A DNA stretch of 64,000 nt, taken from positions 225,015 through 289,014 of the IMG/VR virus record IMGVR_UViG_3300046167_000825. One strand, 5' to 3'. The first letter of the stretch is position 1, and each line of letters begins with the position of its first letter. This document shows positions 1 through 9,796 of the stretch, piece after piece. The notes under the pieces are model-generated. The model ran no database searches, was not told where the DNA came from, and saw only the letters and a list, made by a program, of their open reading frames with translations. Both the position numbers and the translations under genes were made by a program.

Positions 1-84
1 GATCAAGTGGCATTACAAAGACATTTGAAAGACCACATTCATGCTCAAGGCTCATGTCCTTTATGTGGTAGCACTGTATGTTAG
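1..84 (+). CDS. 3' end of a gene ending in CPLCG; probable N-terminal half of a split SbcC/Rad50 ending at the zinc hook (partial)
   Basis: Frame 1 reads DQVALQRHLKDHIHAQGSCPLCGSTVC*; CPxCG is the Rad50 hook motif; SbcD and a C-terminal-only SbcC lie downstream. Confidence 0.5.
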   Translation, partial: DQVALQRHLKDHIHAQGSCPLCGSTVC

Positions 85-221
85 TCCTCAAGTTTTTTGC
101 TCTAGTTTTTCTGCTGTTTTTTTCGGGTTCTTTGCTTGGGTATCTCTATGCCGATTATCGTTGGAAATCGGGGACTTGCTCCTTATGCAAAGAGAAAGGG
201 AATGATTGTCAATGTTTGTGA
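78..221 (+). CDS. small membrane protein with Cys-rich tail (47 aa)
   Basis: MLVLKFFALVFLLFFSGSLLGYLYADYRWKSGTCSLCKEKGNDCQCL*; overlaps both neighbours; below ORF-track cutoff. Confidence 0.5.
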   Translation: MLVLKFFALVFLLFFSGSLLGYLYADYRWKSGTCSLCKEKGNDCQCL

Positions 222-1123
222 TAACAAATGCAAGGGTGTATAAACCCGTCAATCTCCGAAATGTCTTATCGCTATTCGATGGGATTTCTTGTGGTCAATT
301 GGCTCTCAATCGCTTGGGGCTTTCTTACGGAACTTATTACGCTTCTGAAATAGATAAGACAGCCATATCCATCACTCAGTCGAACTTCCCAGAAACAGTT
401 CAGTTGGGAGATGTTCAGAAAGTGGATTCCAAGAATCTTACAGACATCGATCTGATATTTGCTGGGTCACCATGTCAAGGCTTTTCAAAAGCGGGATACC
501 GTCAGAACTTTGGTGACGAGAGATCAAAGTTGTTTTGGGAGTTCATTCGTTTGAAAGAAGAACTTAACCCCCGTTTTTTCTTGCTTGAAAATGTTGAGAT
601 GGATTCCTTTAGTGAGGGGGTCATCACAAAGACATTGGGAGTCACCCCCATCCGTATTGATTCCGTAGCCTTTTCAGCCCAACAACGAAAACGGATCTAT
701 TGGACGAACCTCCCCGTTCGATTGTTGCCCGTAATTCCTTGCTCTGACACTTTGGGAGATGTCCTTGATATGAGTGCCTCACGAAAGTGGGTGAAGGTGT
801 CCTCCATCAAAGGTTGGAGGTATGGTCGGAATTATCTTCAATATGATTTGACGGGAAAGGGTCATAACTCACAAGATCAGAGAGCCACCTATCTCATTAA
901 GAAATCCCCTACTGTTCTTCATAGCAATGGACACAGCAAAATTAAGTTCCTCAGAGAAGATGGTGAGATAGGGTTATTGACAGTGGAGGAGTTCGAGAAA
1001 CTTCAAACACTTCCCCTACAGTATACAAATATACAAGGGGCTTCTGATGCCAAGAGGATTTCAGCCATTGGTAACGGTTGGACAGTGTCTGTGATTGCTC
1101 ATTTGCTCTCGGGGATAAAATGA
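212..1123 (+). CDS. C5 DNA cytosine methyltransferase 1
   Basis: VLSLFDGISCG (I), GSPCQGFS (IV), ENV (VI), QQRKRIYW (VIII), GNGW (X); start ATG 212 or GTG 218. Confidence 0.92.
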   Translation: MFVITNARVYKPVNLRNVLSLFDGISCGQLALNRLGLSYGTYYASEIDKTAISITQSNFPETVQLGDVQKVDSKNLTDIDLIFAGSPCQGFSKAGYRQNFGDERSKLFWEFIRLKEELNPRFFLLENVEMDSFSEGVITKTLGVTPIRIDSVAFSAQQRKRIYWTNLPVRLLPVIPCSDTLGDVLDMSASRKWVKVSSIKGWRYGRNYLQYDLTGKGHNSQDQRATYLIKKSPTVLHSNGHSKIKFLREDGEIGLLTVEEFEKLQTLPLQYTNIQGASDAKRISAIGNGWTVSVIAHLLSGIK

Positions 1124-2067
1124 ATATCCCCTATGCGATTATCAACACCGACCTAGATGGTTTTCTCTCTGGGTTGCTTCTCCACCATTTTCTCGGGACA
1201 GAGATTGTGGGTTTCACTGACAGTGGTAAGACCGTTTGGAAAAGGGAGGGAGTCGCTTGGGAAGATTGTACTTTCATAGATATGTATGTCGTACCCCCCA
1301 AGATAAAAACACTTTGCAACCACATGGTTGCTGTGGATGAAGACCACGCCAAAGAGTTGTTTTGGAACACCAACAAGAGAAATCCCAACCTAGAAATTGC
1401 CACGAGGTCATTCCTAGATTCTTATACCACCAAGTTCTCCCTTGCGACTGTCCATTACATCATTGCACTTCTTGAGCAGCATGATTACCCAGTTCTAAAA
1501 GACCTCAATCTCCGAAATACCTCTATGGGTTATCGGTGTATTGATATCATTCTCCGTGCAGATGATGTGATGAATAACTCCGTTCATGCCTATCGTGAGA
1601 ACTGTCTTTTTTGGTGGGATAAAATGTACGAGATAGCCTCCGTGAATCTGCAAGGTTTGGTCACCAAATCTTTCATGAATTACACAGATGCTATTCATCG
1701 TGGAGATATTCGATTGGATGTTGAGAGATTCAAGAGGCTTTTTGCGAACTTCGTGAAGAATCGTTTTGGTTGTGATTCCCCAGATGGGGGATACAAGAAT
1801 CTTGGCTTTGGTGACACAGCCATCGGGGATAATGCGGTGCGGTTTATCAGTTGGTTGTCAGAACTAACGGGCTTGAAAGGCTTTCCTCTCCACGAGAGTC
1901 TAGTTCGCTATGAGGGGGAAGCCCACCGAACTAATGTTTCCATTGAGGAACTTCAAGAAATCAAGGGTGGGACATACCGAGGACAGAAGTTATTCTCGTA
2001 TGCGTTTGTGTGTCGTCCATCAAGCGAAAATCATTTCAGTTACACCATCAATTTGGAGAGAAAATGA
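1120..2067 (+). CDS. DHH-phosphoesterase-like protein (degenerate)
   Basis: N-terminal NTDLDG and FIDM motifs; DHH position reads CNH; ATGA overlap with upstream stop. Confidence 0.4.
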   Translation: MNIPYAIINTDLDGFLSGLLLHHFLGTEIVGFTDSGKTVWKREGVAWEDCTFIDMYVVPPKIKTLCNHMVAVDEDHAKELFWNTNKRNPNLEIATRSFLDSYTTKFSLATVHYIIALLEQHDYPVLKDLNLRNTSMGYRCIDIILRADDVMNNSVHAYRENCLFWWDKMYEIASVNLQGLVTKSFMNYTDAIHRGDIRLDVERFKRLFANFVKNRFGCDSPDGGYKNLGFGDTAIGDNAVRFISWLSELTGLKGFPLHESLVRYEGEAHRTNVSIEELQEIKGGTYRGQKLFSYAFVCRPSSENHFSYTINLERK

Positions 2068-2189
2068 TTATTACACGAGGCAAGGTTCGGAAGCCAATGC
2101 GTATTCTCATCGCTTGTGAATACGCTAGAAGTGAAACCTTTGACGGCATCGCCCAAGCGATGGCAGACCAATGGGGTTGGATTCCGTGA
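2064..2189 (+). pseudogene. 41-aa internally deleted remnant of a phage methyltransferase-like gene
   Basis: MIITRGKVRKPMRILIACEY fused directly to ARSETFDGIAQAMADQWG; ATGA and GTGA overlaps with both neighbours. Confidence 0.6.
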
Positions 2190-3134
2190 TTACTGTTTCC
2201 GTCAATAGAAAGGTTGAGCCGATACGGAATGTTCTCTCTTTGTTTGATGGGATTTCATGTGGGCAACTCGCACTCCAAAGAGCCAAAGTTCCCTATGAGA
2301 ACTACTACGCTTCTGAGATAGAAGATGCCTCCATCAAGGTCACCCAAGAGAACTTCCCTAAGACAAGACAACTCGGTGATGTGACCAAGATAACGGATTT
2401 CCCAAAGGTGGATTTACTCATCGCTGGGTCACCGTGTCAAGGCTTTTCAAAATCTGGGAGCAAACTGAACTTCGATGACTCTCGATCAGTTCTGTTTTTT
2501 GAGTTCTTACGGGTTCTGAAACTCACGAAACCGAAGTATTTCTTGCTTGAAAATGTCATTATGGATCAATGGGCTACCAATGTGATTTCATATTTTTTGC
2601 GAACCAGCCCCTACGAACTGAACTCCTCTTTGGTTTCAGCCCAGAACCGTCCTCGATACTACTGGACAAATCTCCCACGCCCCTCCATAACCGAAAAGAG
2701 TTTGTGCCTAGATGACATCGCTGGTCAAAGTTCCAAGAATCTCCTCTCGGATTCTTCTCTGGACTTCATTCCGTGTCCGTCTTCCAACACAGATACGGGG
2801 TTGATTTTTGTAGGGGGGTTCAAGACACGGAATCAGACCATGTGGATAGAGAATGGCAAACTGTTATCACGGAACTTTCGACAAGGCTATCGTGTGTATT
2901 CGAGTAAAGGTAAGTCTAGCACTCTCACAGCCAGTGGTGGGGGTCTAGGGGGGTGCAGTGGCTTTGTACCAGTTCGGAGATGCGATACGCCCTTTGACAC
3001 GATTGGAATGTGAAAGATTGCAGACCGTTCCCGACAACTACACCAAATCTATTTCTGAGGGTCAAGCCAAGAAAGCATTGGGGAATGGCTTCACGGTAGA
3101 TATGATTGCTGAGATTTTTAAGGGGTTGGTTTGA
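2186..3134 (+). CDS. C5 DNA cytosine methyltransferase 2, interrupted by a +1 frameshift at about 2963
   Basis: Motifs I, IV, VI, VIII in the listed ORF; motifs IX-X (RPLTRLECERLQTVPDNYT...ALGNGF) continue in the +1 frame to TGA 3134; GTG start at 2186. Confidence 0.85.
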
Positions 3135-3167
3135 CCCCCACTTTCCGTATACGCATTGGAGGAAGAT

Positions 3168-4124
3168 ATGATTAAACTACTATGGCGAACTGATATACAC
3201 ATGAGTGACAAGACCCCCGTATCTCGAACAGATGATTGGAGGGCGACACTCACAAAAAAATTGAAGAAGGTGGGGGAACTAGCAAAGGACTTCGATGCCG
3301 TTCTCGATGGAGGTGATTTCTTTGATATCAAGTCCCCTACAAGGAACTCCCACTCTTTGGTGAGGGAGATGATTGATATTCATAATGACTATCCCGTTCC
3401 CGTGTATGCCAATGTGGGCAACCACGATTGTGTCTATGGGGATTACACCTTTCTACACCAACAACCTCTTGGGGTTCTTTTTTCAAGTGGGTGCTTCAAG
3501 AGATTGTATGATGAACACGAGGTCATCTTCGAGAAGGATGGCTTGAAGGTTCGTGTGGTTGGTATCCCTTATCATGGTGTTCATTATGATATGGAACGGT
3601 TCAAGAGTATCACCAAAGGGGATGAGGACTATCTTGTGTGTGTCGCCCATGTGCTTGCTTCTGAAAAGGGTGGCTCAATGTTTGAGGGGGAGGATATCGT
3701 CAAGTATTCTGACTTGGAGAACCTCGCCCCCGATGTGTGGTGCTTTGGACACTGGCACAAGGATCAAGGCATCACAGAGATTGCCCCAAACAAATGGGTT
3801 GTGAATATTGGTTCTATGACGAGAGGTTCGCTCACACAAGACAACATCGAACGGATACCTTATCTTGGTTCATTGTGTTTTGACGAGAATGGCATCCACT
3901 TGAAGAAAATCCCACTTGAAGTTCAGCCCTCAGAGGAAGTCTTTGACCTTGCGAAGAGAGAGAAAGAAGAAATCCGAGAGGACACAATGACGACTTTCGT
4001 GGGTTCATTAAAGGAAAGCCTAGCCACTTGTAGCGAAACGGATTTGCGTGAGTCTGTGATGGCTTTGGAAATACCAAACTCCATCAAAGAGAGAGCCTTG
4101 TTGTATTTGGAGCAAGTGCAATAA
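3168..4124 (+). CDS. SbcD/Mre11-like metallophosphoesterase nuclease
   Basis: TDIH, GGDFFD, GNHD and GHWH motifs; GGAGG RBS. Confidence 0.88.
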   Translation: MIKLLWRTDIHMSDKTPVSRTDDWRATLTKKLKKVGELAKDFDAVLDGGDFFDIKSPTRNSHSLVREMIDIHNDYPVPVYANVGNHDCVYGDYTFLHQQPLGVLFSSGCFKRLYDEHEVIFEKDGLKVRVVGIPYHGVHYDMERFKSITKGDEDYLVCVAHVLASEKGGSMFEGEDIVKYSDLENLAPDVWCFGHWHKDQGITEIAPNKWVVNIGSMTRGSLTQDNIERIPYLGSLCFDENGIHLKKIPLEVQPSEEVFDLAKREKEEIREDTMTTFVGSLKESLATCSETDLRESVMALEIPNSIKERALLYLEQVQ

Positions 4125-4194
4125 ACCCCACTCCCTAGATAAAACCTTAACTTTTTCTTTCATGGGTATTGTGTTGTAAAAACGGAGCAACACG

Positions 4195-5124
4195 ATGGGA
4201 AGAAAAGTTAAGGTTCTCTATTGGTCAACAATGGAGAGATATGAGAAATGCCCCCAGATGTTTTTGTGGGGTCGTGGTTGGGAAGGCATCGACTTGGGTT
4301 ACGGTGTGGGTGAGCCTATCCCCCCACCTAAGCCGTCTTCTATGCACCATGCCGTGATGGGCATTGTGATTGCGAAGGCAATGGAGGATCTCTATAACGA
4401 TGAGTTGTGGCGAGACCCCACCAATCTCAAAGAAAATCTTGAGAAGAGCATTAGGAAAGAGTTCAAGTTTCTGACACACACGAAATACATTGATTGGGAA
4501 AAAGCCCCTAGCGAAGAAGAAATGCTCACGGTTTGCTTGGAAGGTATTCGTGGGTTTCTTCCCACGATGAAACACCACAAACTGTTGGGGCAGTATTCAC
4601 GGAGTGAAGTGAATATGATAGCCGAACTAGACGGTGGAGTGAAGGTGGGTGGTAGAGCAGACCTCGTGATTATCCGAAATCAAGAAGTAGGCATCTACGA
4701 TGGGAAGAACTCTTTGAGCAAAGGTAAATACACCTCTCCAGACCAGTTGAGATGGTATGCTATGTTATATCGGGCAACCACTGGTGACACTCCTCACAAA
4801 CTGGGCTTCATCTATTATAGATATCCTTACGGTATGGACAATGAGGGTGAGATGGAACAAGGGGTTGATTTCGTGGAGTTCACCCCCCACCATTTAGATT
4901 CTTTAGAGGAGCGAGCCAAAGAAACAATGATGGGTATGCACTCAAAATCTTTTGACCCCACTCCAAAAGCAAAACATTGTCAGTTCTGTGATTATGAATC
5001 CATCTGTGATGCTCGTAAAGAGCAGAAGGCAGTAAACTCGGAGAAAAGAAAGAAGAACTTCGATAAGAAATTGGGCATTGAAGGGTCGACCGAAAAGTTT
5101 GTTCAATTTAAATTGCCGAAGTAG
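4195..5124 (+). CDS. PD-(D/E)XK nuclease (RecB/Cas4-like)
   Basis: GRADLV...IYDGK, QLRWYA, C-terminal CQFCDYESIC plus N-terminal Cys. Confidence 0.8.
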   Translation: MGRKVKVLYWSTMERYEKCPQMFLWGRGWEGIDLGYGVGEPIPPPKPSSMHHAVMGIVIAKAMEDLYNDELWRDPTNLKENLEKSIRKEFKFLTHTKYIDWEKAPSEEEMLTVCLEGIRGFLPTMKHHKLLGQYSRSEVNMIAELDGGVKVGGRADLVIIRNQEVGIYDGKNSLSKGKYTSPDQLRWYAMLYRATTGDTPHKLGFIYYRYPYGMDNEGEMEQGVDFVEFTPHHLDSLEERAKETMMGMHSKSFDPTPKAKHCQFCDYESICDARKEQKAVNSEKRKKNFDKKLGIEGSTEKFVQFKLPK

Positions 5125-5169
5125 GATCGTTCTTGGGAAGTCTTTTCGTATAGTAAAAAGGAGGTGTAT

Positions 5170-5421
5170 ATGACACTTGATGAAGCATTGAAAAGAAAAC
5201 AAAAACTTGAGAAAACACTCCAGCGATTGCAAGGTCGTTTGGATGTCGCTAAATCAGATAAGCAAAAACTTGATACGGAGATCCGAGATAAGGGTTATGA
5301 CCCAGAAGACCTTGAAAATGTTATTGAGAGGTTATCTTCTCAGAAAACAAAATTACTAGAACAACTCGAAATCCATCTGCACGAAGCAGAAACTAACTTA
5401 CTCACCTATATGGAGAAATAA
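5170..5421 (+). CDS. coiled-coil protein (possible SbcC coiled-coil segment)
   Basis: Heptad-rich 83 aa; AGGAGG RBS. Confidence 0.6.
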   Translation: MTLDEALKRKQKLEKTLQRLQGRLDVAKSDKQKLDTEIRDKGYDPEDLENVIERLSSQKTKLLEQLEIHLHEAETNLLTYMEK

Positions 5422-5423
5422 CT

Positions 5424-6569
5424 ATGAAAATGACTATTGCAAAAACAGACCTTGAAAAAGCCATCGGTATCACGGCTTATTCACTAGGCTCAGACGGCAC
5501 AGCCGATTGGACGAAAAATTACTTCCTTCGTCAAACAGAGACTGGCATGGATGTTCACACCACCAACCATCGTTACTGCTCAAGTACAAGTATAAACACT
5601 TGCACAGTCAATGGTGATATTGTGAATAGTTTCAATCTTCCAGCCTCCCGTTTCAAAGATATGTTCAACTACATGGAAAACAATGTGGTCACCTTGACTG
5701 TCAAAGACAGTATTGTGACTGTCCACAACAGTCGTGGGAATGTTCGTTTCCCGTGTAACAAGCAAGACTTCCCTTACTGGGATAAATCGGTTTCGTCTGC
5801 AAAATCTATGTTGACCATCAAGGCAGAGGCATTGTACGAACTAATCAATCATCACAAAAAGTTTGTGGCAAAGCCAGATGCTAAATCGGTTGTCTATCGC
5901 TATATCTCTTTTCAGAATGGTGGTGTCCTCAGTGGTGACGGTCTTAATATGTGTTTGACTGTTTCGGATGATTTGAATGATGCCGACTTTTACTTGACCA
6001 AACTAGATGTCAATCCTTTGCTTGGCTTTTTGAAATCTTGTGACGGGGATATTGCTATCACCCATTGTGATAAAATGGTTTATTTCAAGTCGAACTCCGA
6101 TGCCGTGTTCGGTATGGTGAAGCCCCCTAAACGAGTGTGTGCTGGTTTAACGGGTATTGATGTTGGGATGATGAAAAACAGCCTTACAGATGTGTTAGCC
6201 GAGTGGTCTACCTCTAAAGCGAACTTGATTAACTCCTTTGGTATGCTTGGTTTCACTATGTCAGAGGACGACAAAGTGGTCAAGTTTGAGTTCAAGGACG
6301 GGTCACTGTTCTTTAATGGTCGTTCTATGGCTGGTGGTGTTGATACTCTTGAGGTAGGTTTGACAACCTTCAAAGATGACACAAAGGTGCTTGAAAATGC
6401 TTCCTACTTCAATCGAGAGGTCTTCACAAAGGTTCTGAAACTCATTGATGGGGATGATATCACTATCAAAACACTGAAGTCCTTGAATAACTCACCCGTA
6501 GTAGATCACACTGTTTCGGGGTATTCCACCTATTCTTTGGTCGTTCCTATCCAATCTGCGAACTTTTAA
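5424..6569 (+). CDS. DNA polymerase III beta-clamp-like protein
   Basis: 381 aa; MKMTIAKTDLEKAI start, DFP motif, C-terminal YSLVVPI; DnaX encoded nearby. Confidence 0.7.
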   Translation: MKMTIAKTDLEKAIGITAYSLGSDGTADWTKNYFLRQTETGMDVHTTNHRYCSSTSINTCTVNGDIVNSFNLPASRFKDMFNYMENNVVTLTVKDSIVTVHNSRGNVRFPCNKQDFPYWDKSVSSAKSMLTIKAEALYELINHHKKFVAKPDAKSVVYRYISFQNGGVLSGDGLNMCLTVSDDLNDADFYLTKLDVNPLLGFLKSCDGDIAITHCDKMVYFKSNSDAVFGMVKPPKRVCAGLTGIDVGMMKNSLTDVLAEWSTSKANLINSFGMLGFTMSEDDKVVKFEFKDGSLFFNGRSMAGGVDTLEVGLTTFKDDTKVLENASYFNREVFTKVLKLIDGDDITIKTLKSLNNSPVVDHTVSGYSTYSLVVPIQSANF

Positions 6570-7198
6570 TGTCTCAAGACCTCCGAAATAAATACCAAAA
6601 ACTGGTAGGGAAACGAGATAGTCTACAAGATAGGCTATCTCAAATCCTTTCTCAAATCTCAAGTTTAGAGAACGAGATAGACACCCTAGATTATGTTTCT
6701 AGTGTGTTTCGCCAGTTATTGGATAGAGAGGTGGTCAGCAGTGTTCAAAGTGTTGAGAGGTTGCTCACAGAAGCCTTACAAGCCGTATTCACAGACCAAG
6801 ACTTAAAGGTTGAATCAGAGGTGGGTGAAAGTCGAGGGAAGGTTTCGGTTAATCTCACCACCGTGCAAGATCATGGTGGTGGGGTTATTGTGGGGGGTGA
6901 TACCACAGAAGGGTTTGGTGGTGCAGTTTGTACTGTTCAAAGTGCTATTCTCCGTATCTTTGTGACTCTCAACAGAGGTCTTCGTCCATTGTTATTGATG
7001 GATGAAAGTCTGCCCGCTTTCGATAACAACTATGTTCAGAATATGGGCAAGTTTTTATCTTTGTTATGTGAACGACTTGACCTAGATATTTTATTGGTCA
7101 CTCACAACCAATCTCTGGTGGACTCGGCAGACAGAGCCTATCGCATAGACAAGAAGAACGGTAAAGCCATTTTCACGGAGATAACTCATGCCAATTAG
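6569..7198 (+). CDS. SbcC/Rad50 ABC-ATPase C-terminal half
   Basis: Coiled coil, variant signature GFGG, Walker B LLLMDE, H-loop LVTH; no Walker A. Confidence 0.8.
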   Translation: MSQDLRNKYQKLVGKRDSLQDRLSQILSQISSLENEIDTLDYVSSVFRQLLDREVVSSVQSVERLLTEALQAVFTDQDLKVESEVGESRGKVSVNLTTVQDHGGGVIVGGDTTEGFGGAVCTVQSAILRIFVTLNRGLRPLLLMDESLPAFDNNYVQNMGKFLSLLCERLDLDILLVTHNQSLVDSADRAYRIDKKNGKAIFTEITHAN

Positions 7199-7418
7199 AC
7201 GAAAACCCAAGAAGCAAGCCATGAGAAAAGTTGAGGTTGAAGTTGGGGGTAAGACCTACACTCTCAAGTTCTCCTCAGATATCGATCAGATTCTCAGTGG
7301 TCTTGGTATAGCCTTGTTAAGTTTGAATGATCCAAAAGTGAACCTCATATTAAAGCAGTTCGGCTTACAGTTTTATGATGTTGAGGGTAACAAGATAGAG
7401 GCGAGCGATGAAAACTAA
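7188..7418 (+). CDS. hypothetical protein
   Basis: ORF with RBS overlapping neighbours. Confidence 0.6.
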   Translation: MPIRRKPKKQAMRKVEVEVGGKTYTLKFSSDIDQILSGLGIALLSLNDPKVNLILKQFGLQFYDVEGNKIEASDEN

Positions 7419-7800
7419 GGGACAATTAATTCAGAAGATAAAACAAGTTCGATTTCGTTATTTGAAAAAGTTCATAGATAAATGTCTAGCGAAATCTTCT
7501 AGCAACTGCGTTTACAATCGCCCCTCTTCTTTTGAAATGTCGGGTGTTCCTAGCGTGGGTCTGTGTGGACACAATATGGAAACACGGGACTGGGTTGCTA
7601 TGCCGTGTGATAAACGAATCAACCCCTTGAAGGCAGATGATTGCCCCCATTTCGTGCCTTTGAATACGAAGGAAGAACTGAAAGAGGAGTTCAACTCTTC
7701 TATTGATGCTCTTCCCATTTCTACCATTGCTTCAAAGTTCCCCGATATGGCAGCCTTGCTTTGGGTTTTATCCGAAGATTTGGAGGATGATAATGGCTGA
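7408..7800 (+). CDS. Cys-rich hypothetical protein
   Basis: Five Cys, overlapping operon arrangement. Confidence 0.6.
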   Translation: MKTKGQLIQKIKQVRFRYLKKFIDKCLAKSSSNCVYNRPSSFEMSGVPSVGLCGHNMETRDWVAMPCDKRINPLKADDCPHFVPLNTKEELKEEFNSSIDALPISTIASKFPDMAALLWVLSEDLEDDNG

Positions 7801-8309
7801 TTTATTGAAGGTTTTGAAGTTTCAGAGTCTTAAAAAAAACCCTTTGCTTTTTGAGTTCAAGGTGAATGGAGAACTAGCCCCCTTTCTTGTCACGAACTCT
7901 AAGTCTATCTTGTGGGTCGATGCCCAAAATGATGTAGTTCGTGCTGGCGTTCGATTAAATACTCATGTGAAAGATTTCTTTATGGAGATTCTTGATGAGG
8001 TGGACAACTGTTGGTTCAGAAGCGGGTTGGGGGAATGTCCATGAGTTTTCAAAAGAGGGTGTCATGTCAGCCATCTCTTATGTTGAGGGTTACGATGTCG
8101 GTGATTTAGAGATTCTCGTTCACCCAAAATCTGCTGACAAACTAGATGTCAAATTGAAAGTTGTCAATACACATTGGCTTCCAGAGAACTGTGCTGTGGT
8201 TGTTCCTCAGAACAGAGATTTTATAGGTTTCATTGGGATGATAGGGAAGAACTTCGTGGGTGTCATTCACAATCCCTCAAGGGGTCTTTCGATTGCGAGG
8301 TCAATGTGA
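7793..8309 (+). CDS. hypothetical protein, probably one gene with a +1 frameshift at about 8002
   Basis: Removing one G from GTGG joins EILDEV to TTVGSEAGWGNVHEF. Confidence 0.5.
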
Positions 8310-9019
8310 ATTGGCTTGAGGAATCCATCTCTTTCAATCTCCCTCCTCAAGGGGAAGATTATCTTTTATCTAGGGGTGTTTCTCGAACCTTGATAAATGA
8401 ACTTCGTTTTGGTTGGTGGGATCAAATTACAGAGCCGACAGACAAGTTGGTTCTAGGACGATACCAATCAATGCTGCGTAAGTTTGATGGTCGTATAATC
8501 GTGCCTATCTTTTCCCCACAAGGTCGTATCGTTGGGGTGGAATCCCGTTGCCTAGAAGGGAAACACCCAAAATCTTTAAGGTTGCTCACGACCCAAGCCC
8601 AGTGGAATCCCTTGTTTGTGGGGCTATCCCCTTACGCTATGGAGCGAATCTGGAATGGGGCAAATGTTTGGATAGTGGAGGGCATCTTTGATGTCACAAC
8701 ACTCCAAAGGCTCTTGGGTAATGGCTCTGTGGTTCTAGGGACAATGCGAGCCTCCGTCACTAGAAAGCACCTAGACTTTTTGAAGAGAACCGTGAAGGGT
8801 TCGGTCTTTGTGGCATACGACAATGATAAGACGGGTCAAGACTCCATGAAGGGGTTCATTGATGATCAAGGTCGGAGTCGTAAAGGTGTTGTCGATAAGA
8901 TATCGGGCTTGGGCTTGTCGTGTTCCCCCGTTTATTATCGTGGTGGGAAAGACCCCAATGAGATTTGGGAGAAGGGTGGCGACCAAGCCTTGAAAAAAGC
9001 CTTCTCTCTTTATGTGTGA
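8306..9019 (+). CDS. DnaG-type primase catalytic core (TOPRIM)
   Basis: GRIIVPI, VEGIFD, YDND..G, KDPNE; GTG start overlapping upstream stop. Confidence 0.82.
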   Translation: MNWLEESISFNLPPQGEDYLLSRGVSRTLINELRFGWWDQITEPTDKLVLGRYQSMLRKFDGRIIVPIFSPQGRIVGVESRCLEGKHPKSLRLLTTQAQWNPLFVGLSPYAMERIWNGANVWIVEGIFDVTTLQRLLGNGSVVLGTMRASVTRKHLDFLKRTVKGSVFVAYDNDKTGQDSMKGFIDDQGRSRKGVVDKISGLGLSCSPVYYRGGKDPNEIWEKGGDQALKKAFSLYV

Positions 9020-9084
9020 GTGCGGTTGTGTCTTTCGATTAGATCCGTATACCTAGCAACAATCACACCCTTCGGAGAATAACA

Positions 9085-9276
9085 ATGAACTACAAAGTAA
9101 TCACACAAAATGTTTCGACAGACCGACCCTATGACAAGGGAGAGTTTGAGAAGAAAGTCCTAGAACACTTACGAGAGGGGTACACTCTTGTTGGTGGTGT
9201 CACTGTCACAGTTGTGGCATTTAGCACAAATCAACCCAAAACATTACAATACACACAAGCCGTTATCAAACAATAG
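9085..9276 (+). CDS. small hypothetical protein (DUF1737-like)
   Basis: YKVI...EGYTLVGGV...YTQAVIK pattern; GGAG RBS. Confidence 0.55.
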   Translation: MNYKVITQNVSTDRPYDKGEFEKKVLEHLREGYTLVGGVTVTVVAFSTNQPKTLQYTQAVIKQ

Positions 9277-9285
9277 GAGGATACA

Positions 9286-9774
9286 ATGGCAGATATCTAC
9301 AAAGCAAACGAGGACATCGTACTGCGAGTGAAAAACATCATCAAGGACAACCACCCAGAGTTGTTCTTGATCCAAGATGAAATAGCAATTCTCATCCGAG
9401 AAAAGGCTGGTAAGCGTGGTGGTCGTATCACTTACGCAAAGACAATGAAAGCCCCCAAGATTCTTGAAATCTTAGGGGACACAGACTACAAGTTTATCCT
9501 TGAGATCGCTGGTGATGAATGGCAAAACTTGTCATCCCCACAACAGACAGCATTATTGGATCATCATCTGTGTGCTATGCGAGCCGAAGAAGAAGAAGAA
9601 ACGGGCGAAGTGAAATACTTTGTTGCTCCACCAGATATTGGGTACTACTATGACGAACTAGACCGTCATGGGAACTGGCGACCCGAACTGGATGGGGAAG
9701 ACCCAGATGAACTAGAGGGGATACCTTCTATTGATATGGCATCTATCGTCACGGGTGCTACCACAGAAGCCTAA
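9286..9774 (+). CDS. putative phage metallopeptidase-family protein (degenerate)
   Basis: FILEIAGDEW...ALLDHHLC...PPDI...RHGNW; the HExxH position reads HHLCA. Confidence 0.6.
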   Translation: MADIYKANEDIVLRVKNIIKDNHPELFLIQDEIAILIREKAGKRGGRITYAKTMKAPKILEILGDTDYKFILEIAGDEWQNLSSPQQTALLDHHLCAMRAEEEEETGEVKYFVAPPDIGYYYDELDRHGNWRPELDGEDPDELEGIPSIDMASIVTGATTEA

Positions 9775-9796
9775 TTTTCATATAGGGTTTCTTGGC

